Assembly: GCA_040767965.1 (NCBI GenBank)
Contig: JAXGNR010000004.1
Span: forward strand, 544,001-608,000
DNA: 64,000 bases
From: Atribacterota bacterium
GTDB taxonomy: Bacteria > Atribacterota > Phoenicimicrobiia > Phoenicimicrobiales > Stramentimicrobiaceae
Direction: 5' to 3'
Part shown: positions 30,101 to 39,693 of the stretch, piece after piece
Layout: every line of letters starts with the position of its first letter
Position numbering within the stretch: the first letter of the stretch is position 1
Position numbers and translations under genes: made by a program
The notes under the pieces: model-generated
The model's database searches: none
The model's input: only the letters and a program-made list of their open reading frames with translations
Told to the model about the DNA's origin: nothing

Positions 30101-30769
30101 ACTAACACTCAAAAAGAAGCATCTGAGAATATCGCTTATTATAAAGAAAAAATATCTTCCATGGGTCAGATAAATTTTGATGCTATTCAAGAATTCCAGA
30201 AACACCAAAGTAGATATAACGAGCTGAATGATAAAAAAATTGATATTGTAAAATCAAAGGAAAAATTAATAGATTTAATTAAAAAGATTGATTGGATAGC
30301 TGAAGATCATTTTTTAAAAACCTTTCAAATGGTAGAGATATACTTTAAAGATATTTTCCAAAAGCTATTCGATGGTGGGCAGGCAAATCTGGAATTGACA
30401 AACACAAAAAGAATATTAGATGCAGGCATAGAAGTAATGGTTCAACCACCAGGTAAAAAATTACAAAATATATCACTATTGTCTACTGGAGAAAAGTCCT
30501 TAACAGCAATTGCTCTTTTGTTTGCCTTATGGAAAGTCAACCCCAGTCCATTTTGCTTTTTTGATGAAATAGATTCTGCTTTAGACGAGACAAATGTTTT
30601 ACGTTTGGCTAATTTTTTAAAAAATGAAGATTTAAAAGAAGCTCAAATAATAATAATAACACATCAAAGAGGAATTATGGAGTCTGCTGATGCTATTTAT
30701 GGAATTACAATGGAAGGCTCTGGAATATCCAAGCTTATGTCTGTTAAAATATTAGATTCTGAGGAGTGA
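27179..30769 (+). CDS. smc: chromosome segregation protein SMC with a divergent hinge
   Basis: GFKSF, Walker A GPNGCGKSN, Q-loop IIAQG, long coiled coils, PPGKKLQ, LSTGEK, Walker B/D-loop FDEIDSALD, IITH. Confidence 0.95.
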   Translation: MHLKEIQIKGFKSFANKIKLNITNGITVIVGPNGCGKSNVIDAVRWILGEQNMRSLRGSNLSDMIFAGNKQQKMRNVAEVSIVFNNNDKKLPLDSEEVEIKRIVYRSGDTENYINGYPCRLKEINELFLGTGLGKNSYSIIAQGKVEFVLNAKPSERRVLFEEAASVSIYKNKKESTIKKLDNVNSNLARINDILSEVQENLSYYRKKADDLKLYHSYREKIKKLDYFLLSQQYLLYDKNLKKYQQKLNNLSDEKDNIEKYIAEKKNYVKEIELSQNQLISQKDQLEEQVLKNNEEKTKKNNQLIIVRQKKSEILNTIKGLKEEQENTQKQYIKFNETVSAIENDIANATLSTEEIKERKEREDLSKTSFINILKKYSYFIDTLEKNKNYLIENYINRYKEEIIKNEAIEKSLMFSIKDIEREINISDKQKKENILTIEKYNNNIKIYDEKINNLQKEIEKLKNELMQSEISLKKEQNELKDLQNDLLLKKKEKDFLEELLKNREDNVFGKTHNLKKYFSDKEVLTSLYEIIKEDPFNLTMLFSSIYTNKDNILKINSPKELEDLIHVKKNIIKWNLDQVIAIYDNCDFLNILKNRKEKYSNILKKYRIKGFANDMVRYHNNYSNIMELFFGDIVVIEDHLNAFDLFKEIQGAFNVASLDGIYIGSNGFVILNYFSKNNKKDTINLSTQKIDKIEKDIFILKNSLKEKELSANALKKRNNEILIKMKKIEDLLNNYQNSLQKEKKLIIDNNILESSLNDKVKNLNNKLLSEKNKRENLEKTTSLFNNKIKKIEQYLEEQHKLFKLISFIKEHCLNEIQSLNKKIESYNIKMQWNSERDILLKKQKNEMIQFIQNYQQEESNRQGKIQKLKLEEADLISKESEMIDVYNKLENILNKINSDKIKILAKIKEHDTSLKDLRIDIENTQNKIEKIKNYYYEAEMGRVQNEEKIKYLLETIKNQFNSTVDEVLSYKDETNTQKEASENIAYYKEKISSMGQINFDAIQEFQKHQSRYNELNDKKIDIVKSKEKLIDLIKKIDWIAEDHFLKTFQMVEIYFKDIFQKLFDGGQANLELTNTKRILDAGIEVMVQPPGKKLQNISLLSTGEKSLTAIALLFALWKVNPSPFCFFDEIDSALDETNVLRLANFLKNEDLKEAQIIIITHQRGIMESADAIYGITMEGSGISKLMSVKILDSEE

Positions 30770-31691
30770 TTGTTATTAATAATATATTTATAAATTTAAA
30801 ACAAGGACTAAAAAAAACAAGAGATAACTTGATAGATAAATTTGACATGATATTTAGCGATGCTTCTGGTAATAAAGATGAAGTATTGGAAAAGATTGAA
30901 GAGCTTTTAATACTCTCTGATATTGGTCCAAGGATTACTAATGATATTTTAAAAGAATTTAATAAAATGAATCTGCATAATTATAAAATCAATAATTTTG
31001 AAAATTTTAAAAATAAATTAAAAGATATCTTAATAATGATGATACCTGAACAGGAAGACACTTGGGAATTAGAAAAAGATAGATTAAATATAATAATGGC
31101 TGTAGGAGTAAATGGTACTGGGAAAACATCATTTATTGGAAAATTGGCTAATTATTTTAAGAATACTGGTGAAAGAGTTTTGTTGATACCTGCTGATACC
31201 TATCGAGCTGGGGCAATAAAACAATTGATATTGATGGCAAATAGAATTAATGTTGAATATTTAAATACTACAGAAAATGCTGATCCTGCTTCAGTAGTAT
31301 TTGATGGAATTAAATCTGCTATTGCGAAAAATAAAAACATTGTATTGGTAGATACTGCAGGTAGATTGCACACTCATCATAATCTTATGAAAGAGTTAGA
31401 AAAAATAAAGAGAATTATAGAAAAAACTGCACCTGATGCTGTTTTAAAAACAATACTGGTTATTGATGCCACTACCGGGCAAAATGGTTTAAGTCAGGCT
31501 TATTCTTTCAAAGATTCTCTTGACATAACAAGCCTTTCCCTGACAAAGCTAGATGGAACAGCAAAGGGAGGTATTGCCTTTACAATCCAAAAAGAGCTAA
31601 ATATTCCTTAGAATATGTAACATTTGGAGAAAATATTAATGACTTAAGTAAATTTGATCCTGAAAAATTTATTGAAGCCTTGCTTGATTGA
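30766..31691 (+). pseudogene. ftsY: SRP receptor FtsY with an apparent 1-nt deletion near 31608 (probably an assembly error)
   Basis: GVNGTGKT, DTYRA, DTAGR, TKLDGTAKGG. After TAG at 31609 the conserved tail LEYVTFGENINDLSKFDPEKFIEALLD continues in the -1 frame to TGA at 31689-31691. Confidence 0.9.
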
Positions 31692-31716
31692 CACTAAATA
31701 TATTTTTCTATATACT
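31688..31716 (+). promoter_or_regulatory. near-consensus sigma70 promoter for the ffh-rpsP operon
   Basis: TTGACA-N17-TATACT. Confidence 0.7.
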
Positions 31717-31795
31717 TATATAGAATTTTGACTTTTTATAAAATATTTAAGTTAAAGATAATTTAATTAAAAATTTATAAAAGAATTGGGAAAAA

Positions 31796-33130
31796 ATGTT
31801 AGGAATACTGTCAGAAAAATTACAATCCATTTTAAATAAAATAAAAGAAAAAGGCAAAATAACAGAAAAAGATATTCAACAGTCTTTAAGGGAAATAAAG
31901 TTAGCCCTTTTAGAAGCAGATGTTCATTATAAAGTTGTTAAGAATTTTTTAGCAAAATTGGAAGATCGTGCTAAAGAAGAAGATTTATCTAAAGCTTTAA
32001 CTCCTGGACAGCAGATGATTAAAATTACCCATTCAGTGCTAACTGAAATACTTGGTGAATCTCAAAGCAAAATAGAAATTAAAGGAGAAAATGGAAATCC
32101 ATTTGTAATTTTATTTATTGGTTTGCAAGGATCTGGAAAAACTACAACCTCTGCCAAACTAGCAAAGCAAATTAAAAATAAAGGGAATAGACCTCTTTTG
32201 GTAGCAGCTGATAAAATAAGACCTGCTGCCATTGAGCAATTGCAGATAATGGGGGGGAAGGCTGATGTCGAAGTATTTTCTCGTGGCACTAATGAAGATG
32301 TAATTTTGACTGTTGAAGCAGCAATGCAATACGCCAAAAATAATAAAAATGATGTTATTATAATTGATACAGCAGGCAGATTGCATATTGATAGTAAATT
32401 ATTGCAAGAAATTAAAGAGATTAAAGAAAAATATTTAGTCCATGAGTCTATATTGGTCTTGGATTCCCTAATGGGGCAAGACGCTTTAAAGGTGGCAGAA
32501 ACATTTAATAAAGAAATTGGTATCACCGGGTATATTTTAACTAAATTAGATGGCGATTCAAGAGGTGGAGTGACGTTATCCATTAAAGAAATGACTTCAG
32601 TACCTATTAAATATGTAGGTGTAGGAGAAAAAGTAGAAGATCTTGAACCTTTTTACCCTGAAAGAATGGCTTCAAGGATACTTGGAATGGGAGATGCTGT
32701 TTCGTTGATAGAAAAAATTGAAGCTAATTATAACAGAGATGAATTGAAAAAAATGGGGGAAAAGGAGTTTAGAGAGCAGTTTGATTTAAATGATTTTTAT
32801 AATCAGTTAAAAAGAATAAAAAACATGGGGTCAATTGAAAAATTATTTGATATGATACCAATGCATGGTTTTGGAATACCAAAAAATGTTACTAAAAATA
32901 TAGACGGCGGTGAAAAAGAATTAAACAAAGTAGAAGCAATAATATGTTCAATGACAAAAAAAGAAAAAAAAGAACCAGACATTATTAACGGAAGCAGAAG
33001 AAGAAGAATTGCCAATGGAAGCGGAACAAGTGTAAGTGATGTTAATCGTTTATTAAAACAATTTTTTAACATGAAAAAGATGTTGAAATATAGTTCAGGT
33101 AAACAAAAATTTACTTCATTTATGAGATAA
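31796..33130 (+). CDS. ffh: signal recognition particle protein Ffh
   Basis: ALLEADV, GLQGSGKTT, DTAGRL, TKLDGDSRGG, M-domain SRRRRIANGSG. Confidence 0.97.
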   Translation: MLGILSEKLQSILNKIKEKGKITEKDIQQSLREIKLALLEADVHYKVVKNFLAKLEDRAKEEDLSKALTPGQQMIKITHSVLTEILGESQSKIEIKGENGNPFVILFIGLQGSGKTTTSAKLAKQIKNKGNRPLLVAADKIRPAAIEQLQIMGGKADVEVFSRGTNEDVILTVEAAMQYAKNNKNDVIIIDTAGRLHIDSKLLQEIKEIKEKYLVHESILVLDSLMGQDALKVAETFNKEIGITGYILTKLDGDSRGGVTLSIKEMTSVPIKYVGVGEKVEDLEPFYPERMASRILGMGDAVSLIEKIEANYNRDELKKMGEKEFREQFDLNDFYNQLKRIKNMGSIEKLFDMIPMHGFGIPKNVTKNIDGGEKELNKVEAIICSMTKKEKKEPDIINGSRRRRIANGSGTSVSDVNRLLKQFFNMKKMLKYSSGKQKFTSFMR

Positions 33131-33167
33131 AAAGATAAAAAATTAAGTTTGATAATTGGAGGAAAAC

Positions 33168-33422
33168 ATGTCAGCAAAAATTAAGTTAAGAAGAGAAGGA
33201 GCCAAAAAAAATCCTTCCTACAAAATCGTTGTTATTGACTCACGTAAGCCAAGAGATGGCAGGTTTATAAAAATGCTAGGATATTATCAGCCTACTAATG
33301 ATCCCTATGTTTTGAATATTGATAAAGAAGAAAGTTTAAAATGGATAAACCAGGGTGTCCAAATGACTAAAACTGTTGAAACCCTATTCAAAAAAAATGG
33401 ATTATTAAAAGAAAATAATTAG
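33168..33422 (+). CDS. rpsP: 30S ribosomal protein S16
   Basis: KIKLRR.G.KKNP.Y.IVV.DSRKPRDGRFI..LG.Y.P; GGAGG RBS. Confidence 0.96.
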   Translation: MSAKIKLRREGAKKNPSYKIVVIDSRKPRDGRFIKMLGYYQPTNDPYVLNIDKEESLKWINQGVQMTKTVETLFKKNGLLKENN

Positions 33423-33436
33423 ACTTGGAGAACTGA

Positions 33437-33667
33437 TTGAAAAGTACAGTTGAATTTATAATTAAAACAATTGTCGAATACCCTGAAAAAGTAGAAATCG
33501 ATGAAATTAATACCGAAAATGCTACAATATTAAGAATAAATGCCAATTCCAATGATATTGGGAAAATAATTGGTAAAAATGGAAAAATAATTAAATCTTT
33601 AAGGGCTATAGCAAAGGCTGCTGCCATTAAAAATAATAAGAATATACTAATTGAAATTGCTGAATAA
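33437..33667 (+). CDS. khpA: KH-domain RNA-binding protein KhpA (YlqC)
   Basis: DIGKIIGKNGKII.SLR; follows rpsP. Confidence 0.9.
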   Translation: MKSTVEFIIKTIVEYPEKVEIDEINTENATILRINANSNDIGKIIGKNGKIIKSLRAIAKAAAIKNNKNILIEIAE

Positions 33668-33706
33668 ATATAATTCAGTACTGATAGGCAATAGGATTTA
33701 ATTAAT

Positions 33707-34477
33707 ATGAAAATAACAATCTTGACAATTTTCCCGGAGATGTTTGTTTCACCTTTTTCTGAAAGTATTATAAAACGGGCGCAAGATAAAAATCTTGTTA
33801 CAATTAACATAATTAATATTAGAGATTTTTCTAAAGATAAACATAGAACTGTTGATGACTATTCTTATGGTGGTGGCCCGGGTATGGTCCTGAAGCCTGA
33901 ACCGATAGTGGAAGCAGTTGAGTTTATAAATAAGAAAAAAGATAAAAAAATATTTTGTAAAAACAAAAAAATAATTGTCTCTTCCGCTCAGGGAAAACGA
34001 TTCAATCAGGAATTAGCAAAGGATATTGCCAAAAAAGATGAAATTATATTTATATGTGGCAGGTATGAAGGTATTGACGAAAGGGTTGTCAATATTTTAA
34101 ACGCTGAGGAAGTTTCAATTGGTGATTATGTTACAACTGGTGGTGAATTGCCGGTAATGATAATGGTAGATGTGATTATCAGGATGATACCTGGAGTTTT
34201 GGGAAAAGAAGAATCTTTGACAAATGATTCTTTTTACAATGGATTACTTGATTATCCCCATTATACACGTCCGGAAAATTATAAGGGATATAAAGTGCCA
34301 AGCATTTTGCTGTCAGGTGATCATGAAAAAATAGATCTCTGGAGAAAAAAACAATCTATTTTGCAAACTATTGTACGTAGACCAGACTTATTAGCTAATA
34401 GGAAATTTAAAAAAGACGAATTGCAAATATTAAACAACATAAAGAATGACAATAATAGGAAAGGAAAAAACTTATGA
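33707..34477 (+). CDS. trmD: tRNA (guanine-N1)-methyltransferase
   Basis: TIFPEMF, DD..YGGGPGMVLK, CGRYEGIDER, SIGDYV..GGE, YTRP. Confidence 0.97.
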   Translation: MKITILTIFPEMFVSPFSESIIKRAQDKNLVTINIINIRDFSKDKHRTVDDYSYGGGPGMVLKPEPIVEAVEFINKKKDKKIFCKNKKIIVSSAQGKRFNQELAKDIAKKDEIIFICGRYEGIDERVVNILNAEEVSIGDYVTTGGELPVMIMVDVIIRMIPGVLGKEESLTNDSFYNGLLDYPHYTRPENYKGYKVPSILLSGDHEKIDLWRKKQSILQTIVRRPDLLANRKFKKDELQILNNIKNDNNRKGKNL

Positions 34478-34806
34478 ATTATATAAATAAAATTGAAAAA
34501 ACGCAATTAAAAGAGGACAAGTTTGAAGCTAGCCCTGGAGATTTAATAGAGGTTTACCAAAGAATTGTTGAAGGTGAAAGAAAAAGAATACAGATTTTTA
34601 GAGGAATATTAATTGCCAAGAAACATGGTGGCAGTAGAGAAACTATTACTGTCCGGAAAGTTTCCAAAGGAATTGGTGTTGAAAAAATATTTCCTTTAAA
34701 CTCACCAAATATTGAAAAAATACAGTTGATAAAGAAAGGTAACTCCAGGAAAGCAAAGTTATATTATCTCAGAGACCGAATTGGGCAAAAAGGGTTGATG
34801 GCATAA
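34474..34806 (+). CDS. rplS: 50S ribosomal protein L19
   Basis: PGD..V...IVEG.R.RIQ.F.G, TVRKVS.GIGVEKIFP..SP, KAKLYYLR. Confidence 0.96.
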   Translation: MNYINKIEKTQLKEDKFEASPGDLIEVYQRIVEGERKRIQIFRGILIAKKHGGSRETITVRKVSKGIGVEKIFPLNSPNIEKIQLIKKGNSRKAKLYYLRDRIGQKGLMA

Positions 34807-34844
34807 ATTTTATAATTAAAAAGGAACATTAAAATTAAGAATAA

Positions 34845-35561
34845 TTGAAAAATGACAGCTCAGTCAAAAAATTAAATAATTACAAAAAAAAGTTGATTTT
34901 TTACTATAAAGACAGAGTAAGAGTTGAAAGCTTAAAATTGCTGGAAAAAGAAAAAAAAGTTGCTGGCTATAAGATAATTGCTGGTATCGATGAAGCTGGA
35001 AGGGGTGCTCTTGCTGGCCCTGTTGTTGCTGCAGCTGTTATATTAAACAAAATTGATTCTTTTTACATTCCTGATCTAAAAGACTCAAAAAAATTAAACA
35101 AAATAACAAGGGAAAAAATATTCCAAAAATTACTATCAGACTTAAATAATATAATTGGAATAGGTATAGTTAGTTCAAAGATTATCGATAAAATTAATAT
35201 CAGACAAGCTTCTTTTTTAGCTATGAGAAGAGCTATATTTTATCTAGGGTTACTGCCTGATTTTCTTTTTGTAGATGGATTTAAAATACCATTTGTTAAT
35301 ATAAAACAAATAGGTATTGTGAAAGGTGAAGATAAAAGCATATCGATTGCTGCAGCTTCTGTAATAGCAAAAGTTTATCGAGATCAATTAATGAAGAAAT
35401 ATCATAACCTTTCTGGTTTTGATAAATATTTTTTTGATGTAAACTCCGGCTATGGTACCAAAAAGCATACAGAAGCAATTGTTAAATTCGGTCATTGCCC
35501 TATACATAGAATAACATTTAATAAAGTATTACCAAATAATGATTGCGATAAGCTCTTTTGA
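34845..35561 (+). CDS. rnhB: ribonuclease HII
   Basis: GIDEAGRGALAGPVVAAAV, DSKKL, VDG, SIAAASVIAKV.RD, GYGT..H. Confidence 0.95.
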   Translation: MKNDSSVKKLNNYKKKLIFYYKDRVRVESLKLLEKEKKVAGYKIIAGIDEAGRGALAGPVVAAAVILNKIDSFYIPDLKDSKKLNKITREKIFQKLLSDLNNIIGIGIVSSKIIDKINIRQASFLAMRRAIFYLGLLPDFLFVDGFKIPFVNIKQIGIVKGEDKSISIAAASVIAKVYRDQLMKKYHNLSGFDKYFFDVNSGYGTKKHTEAIVKFGHCPIHRITFNKVLPNNDCDKLF

Positions 35562-35597
35562 AATGAATAATTATAATTTTTATTAGTTTGGTTTTAT

Positions 35598-35969
35598 ATG
35601 AAATTTACAGGAAGCAAAGGTGAAGATATTGCTTGTCAATATCTCATTAAGAATGGCTATAAAATCCTAGAAAAAAATTTTAAAGTATCTTTTGGTGAAA
35701 TCGATCTTATAGTTAATAAGAATAATATTATATGTTTTGTAGAAGTAAAAACAAGAAATTCATTAATATATGGATTACCAGAAGAGGCAATTACTGAAAA
35801 GAAAAAATCAAAAATAATAAAAGTTGCACAATATTATATAAAAAAGAAACATCTTTACAATTACCTATTCCGTTTTGATGTTATTTCTATCAAATTGAAA
35901 AATAATAACCTAGAAAATATTAAATTTATTAAAAATGCTTTTATGTATGAAAAATATAAATATATATAG
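35598..35969 (+). CDS. yraN: YraN family PD-(D/E)XK nuclease-like protein
   Basis: G..GE..A..YL, GEIDLI, FVEVKTR, RFDVI; adjacent to comM. Confidence 0.9.
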   Translation: MKFTGSKGEDIACQYLIKNGYKILEKNFKVSFGEIDLIVNKNNIICFVEVKTRNSLIYGLPEEAITEKKKSKIIKVAQYYIKKKHLYNYLFRFDVISIKLKNNNLENIKFIKNAFMYEKYKYI

Positions 35970-35984
35970 ATTGCAGGTGTTTTT

Positions 35985-37523
35985 TTGATTTCAAAACTCC
36001 ATAGCACTGCTCTTTTTGGGGTAGATGCTTTTATTGTAGAAGTAGAAGTAGATGTTTCAAATGGATTACCCTCATTTAATATTGTGGGACTGCCTGATAC
36101 TGCAGTCCAGGAGTCAAAGGAAAGAGTCAGATCGGCAATACAAAACTCTGAATACCAATTTCCAATGCAAAGAATAACAATAAATTTAGCCCCTGCTAAT
36201 GTCAAGAAAGAGGGACCAGCATTAGATTTGCCTGTTGCTCTAGGAATTTTAGCTGCTAATAGGCAAATAAAAACATTTAATCACAACAAATTTATTATTA
36301 TCGGCGAACTGTCTTTAAATGGGCAGATAAGACCGGTTAATGGTGTATTGTCAATAGCGCTGATGGCAAGAAACAATAATATAAAAAATATTATTGTACC
36401 GGAAGAGAACGCCATTGAAGCGGCAATCATAGAAGGTATTAACATATTTCCGGTGCTAGATTTAAGGCAAGTAGTAAGATTTTTAAATGAAGAACAAAAA
36501 ATAGAGCCATTTAAAGCCAATAAGAAAGAACTAATGAAAAATAGCAATGTTTACCAGATTGATTTTTCTGACGTAAAAGGACAAAAACATGCTAAAAGAG
36601 CTTTAGAAGTAGCTTCTGCTGGCGGGCATAATGTTATAATGATAGGACCTCCGGGTTCCGGGAAAACTATGCTTGCAAAAAGAATACCAACCATATTGCC
36701 ATCATTAACTATAGAAGAATCAATTGAAATAACCAGGCTTTATAGTATTTCTAACCGTTCTAACTATGACTATCCGATTATCACTACCAGGCCTTTCAGG
36801 TCACCGCACCATACAATTAGCAATATAGGGCTGATTGGAGGAGGACGAATACCCAAGCCTGGAGAAATAAGTATGGCTCATAATGGTGTATTGTTTTTAG
36901 ATGAATTGCCGGAGTTTAACAGATCTGCTCTAGAGGCTTTGCGTCAACCTTTGGAAGATGGTGTAGTTACAATTGCCAGAACTTCAAGATCAGTAAAATA
37001 TTTAACACGTTTCATGTTGATTGCTGCTGCAAACCCATGTCCTTGTGGATATTTTAGTGATCCTGTAAAGCAGTGTAGTTGTACTTCTCATCAAATAAGA
37101 AGATATAGATCAAAAATATCAGGACCTTTGTTGGATCGAATTGATATCCAGATAGAAGTTCCCAGACTGGACTATAAAGAACTTTCCATAAACAATAATA
37201 ATAGTGAAGACAAATCCTCTGATATAAGAGATAGAATTGAAAACGCAAGAAATGTTCAGCGAAAACGTTTTATTAAAAGAAAGATATTCTGTAATTCGCA
37301 GATGAACCGCAAAGATATTGAAAAATATTGTGAATTAACTCAAAATGGATGGAAGTTATTAAATAATGCCATGGAAAAGTTAAAATTAAGCGCAAGGGCT
37401 TATGATAAAATATTGAAATTATCAAGAACTATTGCGGATTTGGAGTTAATTGAAAATATTGAAAGCAGACATCTTGCTGAAGCTATTCAATATAGAAGTT
37501 TTGACAGAGAAGATTTAATATGA
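35985..37523 (+). CDS. comM: YifB/ComM Mg-chelatase-like AAA+ ATPase
   Basis: IVGLPD.AV.ES.ERVRSA, INLAPA, GPPGSGKT, RPFRSPHHT, PGEIS.AHNGVLFLDE, NPCPCG. Confidence 0.93.
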   Translation: MISKLHSTALFGVDAFIVEVEVDVSNGLPSFNIVGLPDTAVQESKERVRSAIQNSEYQFPMQRITINLAPANVKKEGPALDLPVALGILAANRQIKTFNHNKFIIIGELSLNGQIRPVNGVLSIALMARNNNIKNIIVPEENAIEAAIIEGINIFPVLDLRQVVRFLNEEQKIEPFKANKKELMKNSNVYQIDFSDVKGQKHAKRALEVASAGGHNVIMIGPPGSGKTMLAKRIPTILPSLTIEESIEITRLYSISNRSNYDYPIITTRPFRSPHHTISNIGLIGGGRIPKPGEISMAHNGVLFLDELPEFNRSALEALRQPLEDGVVTIARTSRSVKYLTRFMLIAAANPCPCGYFSDPVKQCSCTSHQIRRYRSKISGPLLDRIDIQIEVPRLDYKELSINNNNSEDKSSDIRDRIENARNVQRKRFIKRKIFCNSQMNRKDIEKYCELTQNGWKLLNNAMEKLKLSARAYDKILKLSRTIADLELIENIESRHLAEAIQYRSFDREDLI

Positions 37524-37542
37524 AATTCTGAAAGGAAGAGAA

Positions 37543-38214
37543 ATGTCTAAAATTAAACTAGCTCCATCAATATTAAATGCAGATTTTTTCTGTTTAAAAG
37601 ATGTTGTCAAAATGCTGGAAACGGCAAAAGTTGACCTGATTCATCTTGATGTAATGGACGGTAATTTTGTTCCAAACATTACATTCGGGACAAAATTTAT
37701 AGAAGCAATAAAAAAAATAACATCCCTTCCATTAAGTGTACATTTAATGGTTGAGAATCCTGATGTACATATTAATGAATTTGCGAAAATAATTGACAAA
37801 AATGATGTTCTGATAGTTCATGTGGAAACTTGCATTCATTTAGACAGCACTTTGCAAACAATAAAAAAAGCAAATATAAAAGCTGGTATTGCCTTAAATC
37901 CAGCTACTCCATTAGAAAATGTTAAATATGTCTTAGAATATATTGATAATTTGCTTATTATGTCTGTGAACCCTGGTTTCGGTGGTCAAAATTTTATTCC
38001 TGTTATGATGAGTAAAATTAAAGAAGCAAGAATTATGATAGATAACGCTAAAAGAGGAATAGATATCCAGGTGGACGGAGGTATAAAGATCAATAATATT
38101 TTAGATGTTATTAAAGCTGGTGCAACCAATATAGTTGTGGGCTCAGACATATTCATGGCAGAAGATCCTCTGGCAAAAATAAAAAAATTAAAAGACCTCA
38201 TTCAAAATTATTAA
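37543..38214 (+). CDS. rpe: ribulose-phosphate 3-epimerase
   Basis: APSIL.AD, HLDVMDG.FVPN.TFG, MSVNPGFGGQ, VDGG. Confidence 0.96.
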   Translation: MSKIKLAPSILNADFFCLKDVVKMLETAKVDLIHLDVMDGNFVPNITFGTKFIEAIKKITSLPLSVHLMVENPDVHINEFAKIIDKNDVLIVHVETCIHLDSTLQTIKKANIKAGIALNPATPLENVKYVLEYIDNLLIMSVNPGFGGQNFIPVMMSKIKEARIMIDNAKRGIDIQVDGGIKINNILDVIKAGATNIVVGSDIFMAEDPLAKIKKLKDLIQNY

Positions 38215-38297
38215 TGAATTTTAATAATTTTGAATTGGCAATTTTTATTAAATAAATATTTAATAACAGCAAATTAATCTTTAAGCAGAGAAGAAAA

Positions 38298-39635
38298 ATG
38301 ATTAAAAAAATAGCAATTATTGGAAAAACTAATACTGGAAAGTCAACCTTGTTTAATCGCCTTATCGGTTATAGAAAAGCTATAGTGTTAGACGAAGCTG
38401 GGATTACTCGTGATCGAAATTACGGTGAAATGAGTTGGCAGAATAAGAAGTATGAGTTAATTGATACTGGTGGCTTGGATTATATTAGTAAAAATGAATA
38501 TATTCAGGAAAATATCCTTGAGCAAACAAAAAAGGCTATTCTGGAATCTGACTTAGCATTATTAATGTTAGATTTTTTAACAGGAGTACAGCAAGAGGAT
38601 ATTGATATTGCCAGGTTTATAAAAAAAGAAAATAAAAAATGCCTATTGGTAATAAATAAAAATGATATTAAAAAAAAATATCACTTCCCTGGGGATTTCT
38701 ATGTATTAGGAATGGGAGATCCTTTAATTATATCAGCTGAGCAAGGGAAAAATATTGGAAATTTATTAGATAAAATAGATAATATTTTATCTATGGGTAG
38801 CAAAAAAAACTTATATAATAATGAAGATACAGGCTATTGTGATTCCATAAAGGTAGCTATTATTGGAAAACCAAATGTTGGAAAATCAAGTATTATGAAT
38901 GCTTTACTAAATAAAAACAGACAGATTGTTGACGATAATCCCGGAACTACCCGTGACTCTATTGAGGATTTTATTAATTATAATAATTTTAAAATAAAAT
39001 TAATAGATACAGCTGGCCTCAGAAGAAAAAGTAATGTAAAAAATAAAGTGGAATATTATGGAAACGTGCGTACGCTTGACACTATAAAAGAAGCTGATAT
39101 TGCATTATTGGTACTTGATTCAAGTCAACATATAAGTATACAAGATAAAAGATTAGCAGAAAAGATTCTGGAAGAAAAGAAGGCTTTTATAGTAATTTTA
39201 AATAAATATGATTTAATTTCTAAAAATGCTGAAATAAGTACAGAAGAATTAATAAAAATAAGTCAGTACGATCTTAGGTTTCTCAAAGATGCCCCGATAA
39301 TTACTACTATTGCTATTGGAAAGAAAAAAAATATTTCAAAAATATTAAGTATAGTCGTTGATATTTATAGCAAATATAATAAAGAGATAAAAACTCCAGA
39401 ATTAAATAATTTCCTGCAGGTGATAGTAAATAAGAAACAGCCAAAAATCATTAATAATAGAAGGTTGCATTTTTATTATATTACTCAAGTAAAAGTCAAG
39501 CCACCCAGCTTCAGGGTATTTGTCAATGATGTAAATTTATTATATGAATCCTATAAAAGATATCTGGAAAATCAATTTATAAAACATTTTAAACTTGAAG
39601 GTATTCCTATTGTTATTTATTATAAAAAAAGATAA
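38298..39635 (+). CDS. der: ribosome biogenesis GTPase Der (EngA)
   Basis: Two tandem G domains (GKTNTGKS..TRD..DTGG..NK.D and GKPNVGKS..TTRD..DTAG..NK.D) plus a KH-like tail. Confidence 0.95.
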   Translation: MIKKIAIIGKTNTGKSTLFNRLIGYRKAIVLDEAGITRDRNYGEMSWQNKKYELIDTGGLDYISKNEYIQENILEQTKKAILESDLALLMLDFLTGVQQEDIDIARFIKKENKKCLLVINKNDIKKKYHFPGDFYVLGMGDPLIISAEQGKNIGNLLDKIDNILSMGSKKNLYNNEDTGYCDSIKVAIIGKPNVGKSSIMNALLNKNRQIVDDNPGTTRDSIEDFINYNNFKIKLIDTAGLRRKSNVKNKVEYYGNVRTLDTIKEADIALLVLDSSQHISIQDKRLAEKILEEKKAFIVILNKYDLISKNAEISTEELIKISQYDLRFLKDAPIITTIAIGKKKNISKILSIVVDIYSKYNKEIKTPELNNFLQVIVNKKQPKIINNRRLHFYYITQVKVKPPSFRVFVNDVNLLYESYKRYLENQFIKHFKLEGIPIVIYYKKR

Positions 39636-39693
39636 AATTACTGAACTAAAAAGTTTTTAATAAATTTTAGGACAATGAAAGACAAGAGGGAAA

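Noticed and set aside
35598-37523. yraN-comM as a novel nuclease/ATPase defence pair
   Set aside because: This is a widely conserved housekeeping/transformation-associated pair following rnhB; it is not new.
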